Source of the DNA: Nitrospinota bacterium
Lineage (GTDB): Bacteria; UBA8248
Direction of reading: 5' to 3'
Length of the DNA: 19,259 nucleotides
Assembly (NCBI GenBank): GCA_046581755.1
Contig: JAYGFR010000260.1
Span: 1 to 19,259 of the forward strand
Position numbers and translations under genes: made by a program. The number at the start of each line of letters is the position of its first letter. Position 1 is the first letter of the stretch. Of the stretch, positions 17,648 to 19,259 are shown one piece after another. The notes beneath the pieces are model-generated. The model worked only from the letters and a program-made list of their open reading frames with translations, was not told the DNA's origin and did not search any database.

Positions 17648-18469
17648 ATGACGGAATCCGATGAGCAAAAAGAAATCGACACCGGCCCAGGTGAGGCGTA
17701 TCAGAGCTTTTATGCCCCTGCCATGTTCATCCCCTGGGGAAAGGACCTGGTGACCCGGGCCGATCCGAAGCCCGGCGACCGGGTGCTCGATTTGGCCTGC
17801 GGCACGGGCGTGGTCTCTCGGCTTGCGGCAGAGCGGGTCGTGCCCTCAGGAAAGGTCACGGGGTTGGATATCGACCTCGGATATCTGGCAGTTGCCCGAT
17901 CTATCCCGCCCGCTTCGGGTGGAACCGCCGATTTTCACGAGGGCAGCGCTTTGGAAATGCCTTTCGAGGATGGCTCTTTTGATCTCGTGCTCTGCCAGCA
18001 GGGGCTTCAGTTCTTCCACGGCCGGCCCGCCGCGCTCGCGGAGATAAAGCGCGTCTTCCGCCCGGGAGGAAAAGCGGCTCTGAGCGTCTGGCGGAAGGTG
18101 AAGTTTTGCCCCGGACACAATGCCCTTTCTGTGGCGATGGAGCGTCATGGCGGCCCGTCTGATACGAAGCCCCTTTCCTTTTCGCTGAACGATCCCGGGG
18201 AGCTCCGGGAACTGGCGGAGGGTGCGGGGTTCCGCGATGTGACAATTGAAGAGGCGACCCTGCCGGTGCGGTTTGAGTCGCCGGAGCGGTTTGTTGAGAT
18301 CGTCATCGCGGCGAGCCCCGCCGGTGGTATGGGCCTTGCGTTAGCCTAGCTCAACGAGCAGGGGCGCAAGGCCATGCTCGAAGACGTGAAAGCCGCTCTC
18401 ACGCGGTACATCACTCAAGCCGGCCTGGAGCTTCCGACTGAGGTCCACTATCTGACGGGCTACGTTTGA
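17648..18469 (+). pseudogene. Class I SAM-dependent methyltransferase (UbiE/Methyltransf_11-like), interrupted by in-frame TAG at 18347-18349
   Basis: Motifs VLDLACGTG, GLDID, FDLVLCQQGLQFF, RVFRPGG. After the TAG the frame continues for 39 codons (LNEQGRKAMLEDVKAALTRYITQAGLELPTEVHYLTGYV) to TGA 18467-18469, which looks like the usual C-terminus of this family. Confidence 0.78.
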
Positions 18470-18522
18470 TGTGCTGGATTTGAAAAGATCAATAAATGGT
18501 GCTTGGCGGGCTATATCCGCGC

Positions 18523-18565
18523 AAAAAAGCCCCGCCGATCTCGCGATCGGCGGGGCCGATTTTTT
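18523..18565. terminator. Bidirectional intrinsic terminator (rRNA operon end / methyltransferase end)
   Basis: AAAAAA-GCCCCGCCGATC-TCGC-GATCGGCGGGGC-CGA-TTTTTT: a perfect 12-bp stem flanked by A and T tracts. Confidence 0.9.
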
Positions 18566-18566
18566 A

Positions 18567-18683
18567 TCCCCGGCGGTGACCCACTCTCCCACGAAAAAGA
18601 TCGCAGTACCATAGGCGCTGGCGGGCTTAACTGCCGTGTTCGGGATGGGAACGGGTGTGGCCCCGCCGCAATAGCCACCGGAA
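18567..18683 (-). rRNA. rrf: 5S ribosomal RNA
   Basis: Reverse complement contains CCACACCCGTTCCCATCCCGAACACGGCAGTTAAG and GGTACTGC...GTGGGAGAGT. About 117 nt; ends approximate. Confidence 0.97.
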
Positions 18684-18778
18684 AATGCTTCGAAATCTTG
18701 ACAACCGAATCACGAGAGAGGTTGAATGCGCGCCCCGGGAAGCATCGACCAAATCGAAAATGAATGTATCAATTCAAA

Positions 18779-19259
<481 letters not shown>

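Noticed and set aside
18347..18349. Pyrrolysine at the TAG in the methyltransferase
   Set aside because: Pyl is characteristic of MtmB/MtbB/MttB methylamine methyltransferases, not class I SAM enzymes. The site is far from catalytic motifs and there are no pyl genes in the window.

Overview
GC-rich bacterial genomic window that ends in the 3' part of an rRNA operon (23S 3' end and 5S, minus strand). Left to right: the 5' end of a probable IS256-family element that interrupts a low-GC small membrane-protein gene; a YaiI/YqxD (DUF188) gene; two tandem paralogous peroxiredoxin-like (AhpC/TSA, thioredoxin fold) genes; a small Cys-rich orphan, a cupin and a lipoprotein; hflK-hflC; a nucleoside hydrolase and ribokinase pair; an AT-rich regulatory gap; a divergent hydantoinase/oxoprolinase A+B and D-2-hydroxyacid dehydrogenase operon; DUF309; a zinc-ribbon/class III cyclase/AAA/TPR gene and a SAM methyltransferase gene; then a bidirectional terminator and the rRNAs. 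The ORF track splits both peroxiredoxin-like genes because each has an in-frame TGA at codon 49 in a W-U-P-Y-C motif, so they are most likely selenoproteins. This tandem pair is the strongest hidden signal in the window. The cyclase and methyltransferase genes each carry one in-frame stop (TGA and TAG) with coding-like sequence continuing after it, which looks more like decay or assembly error than recoding. All family calls come from motif recognition by eye; no searches were run.
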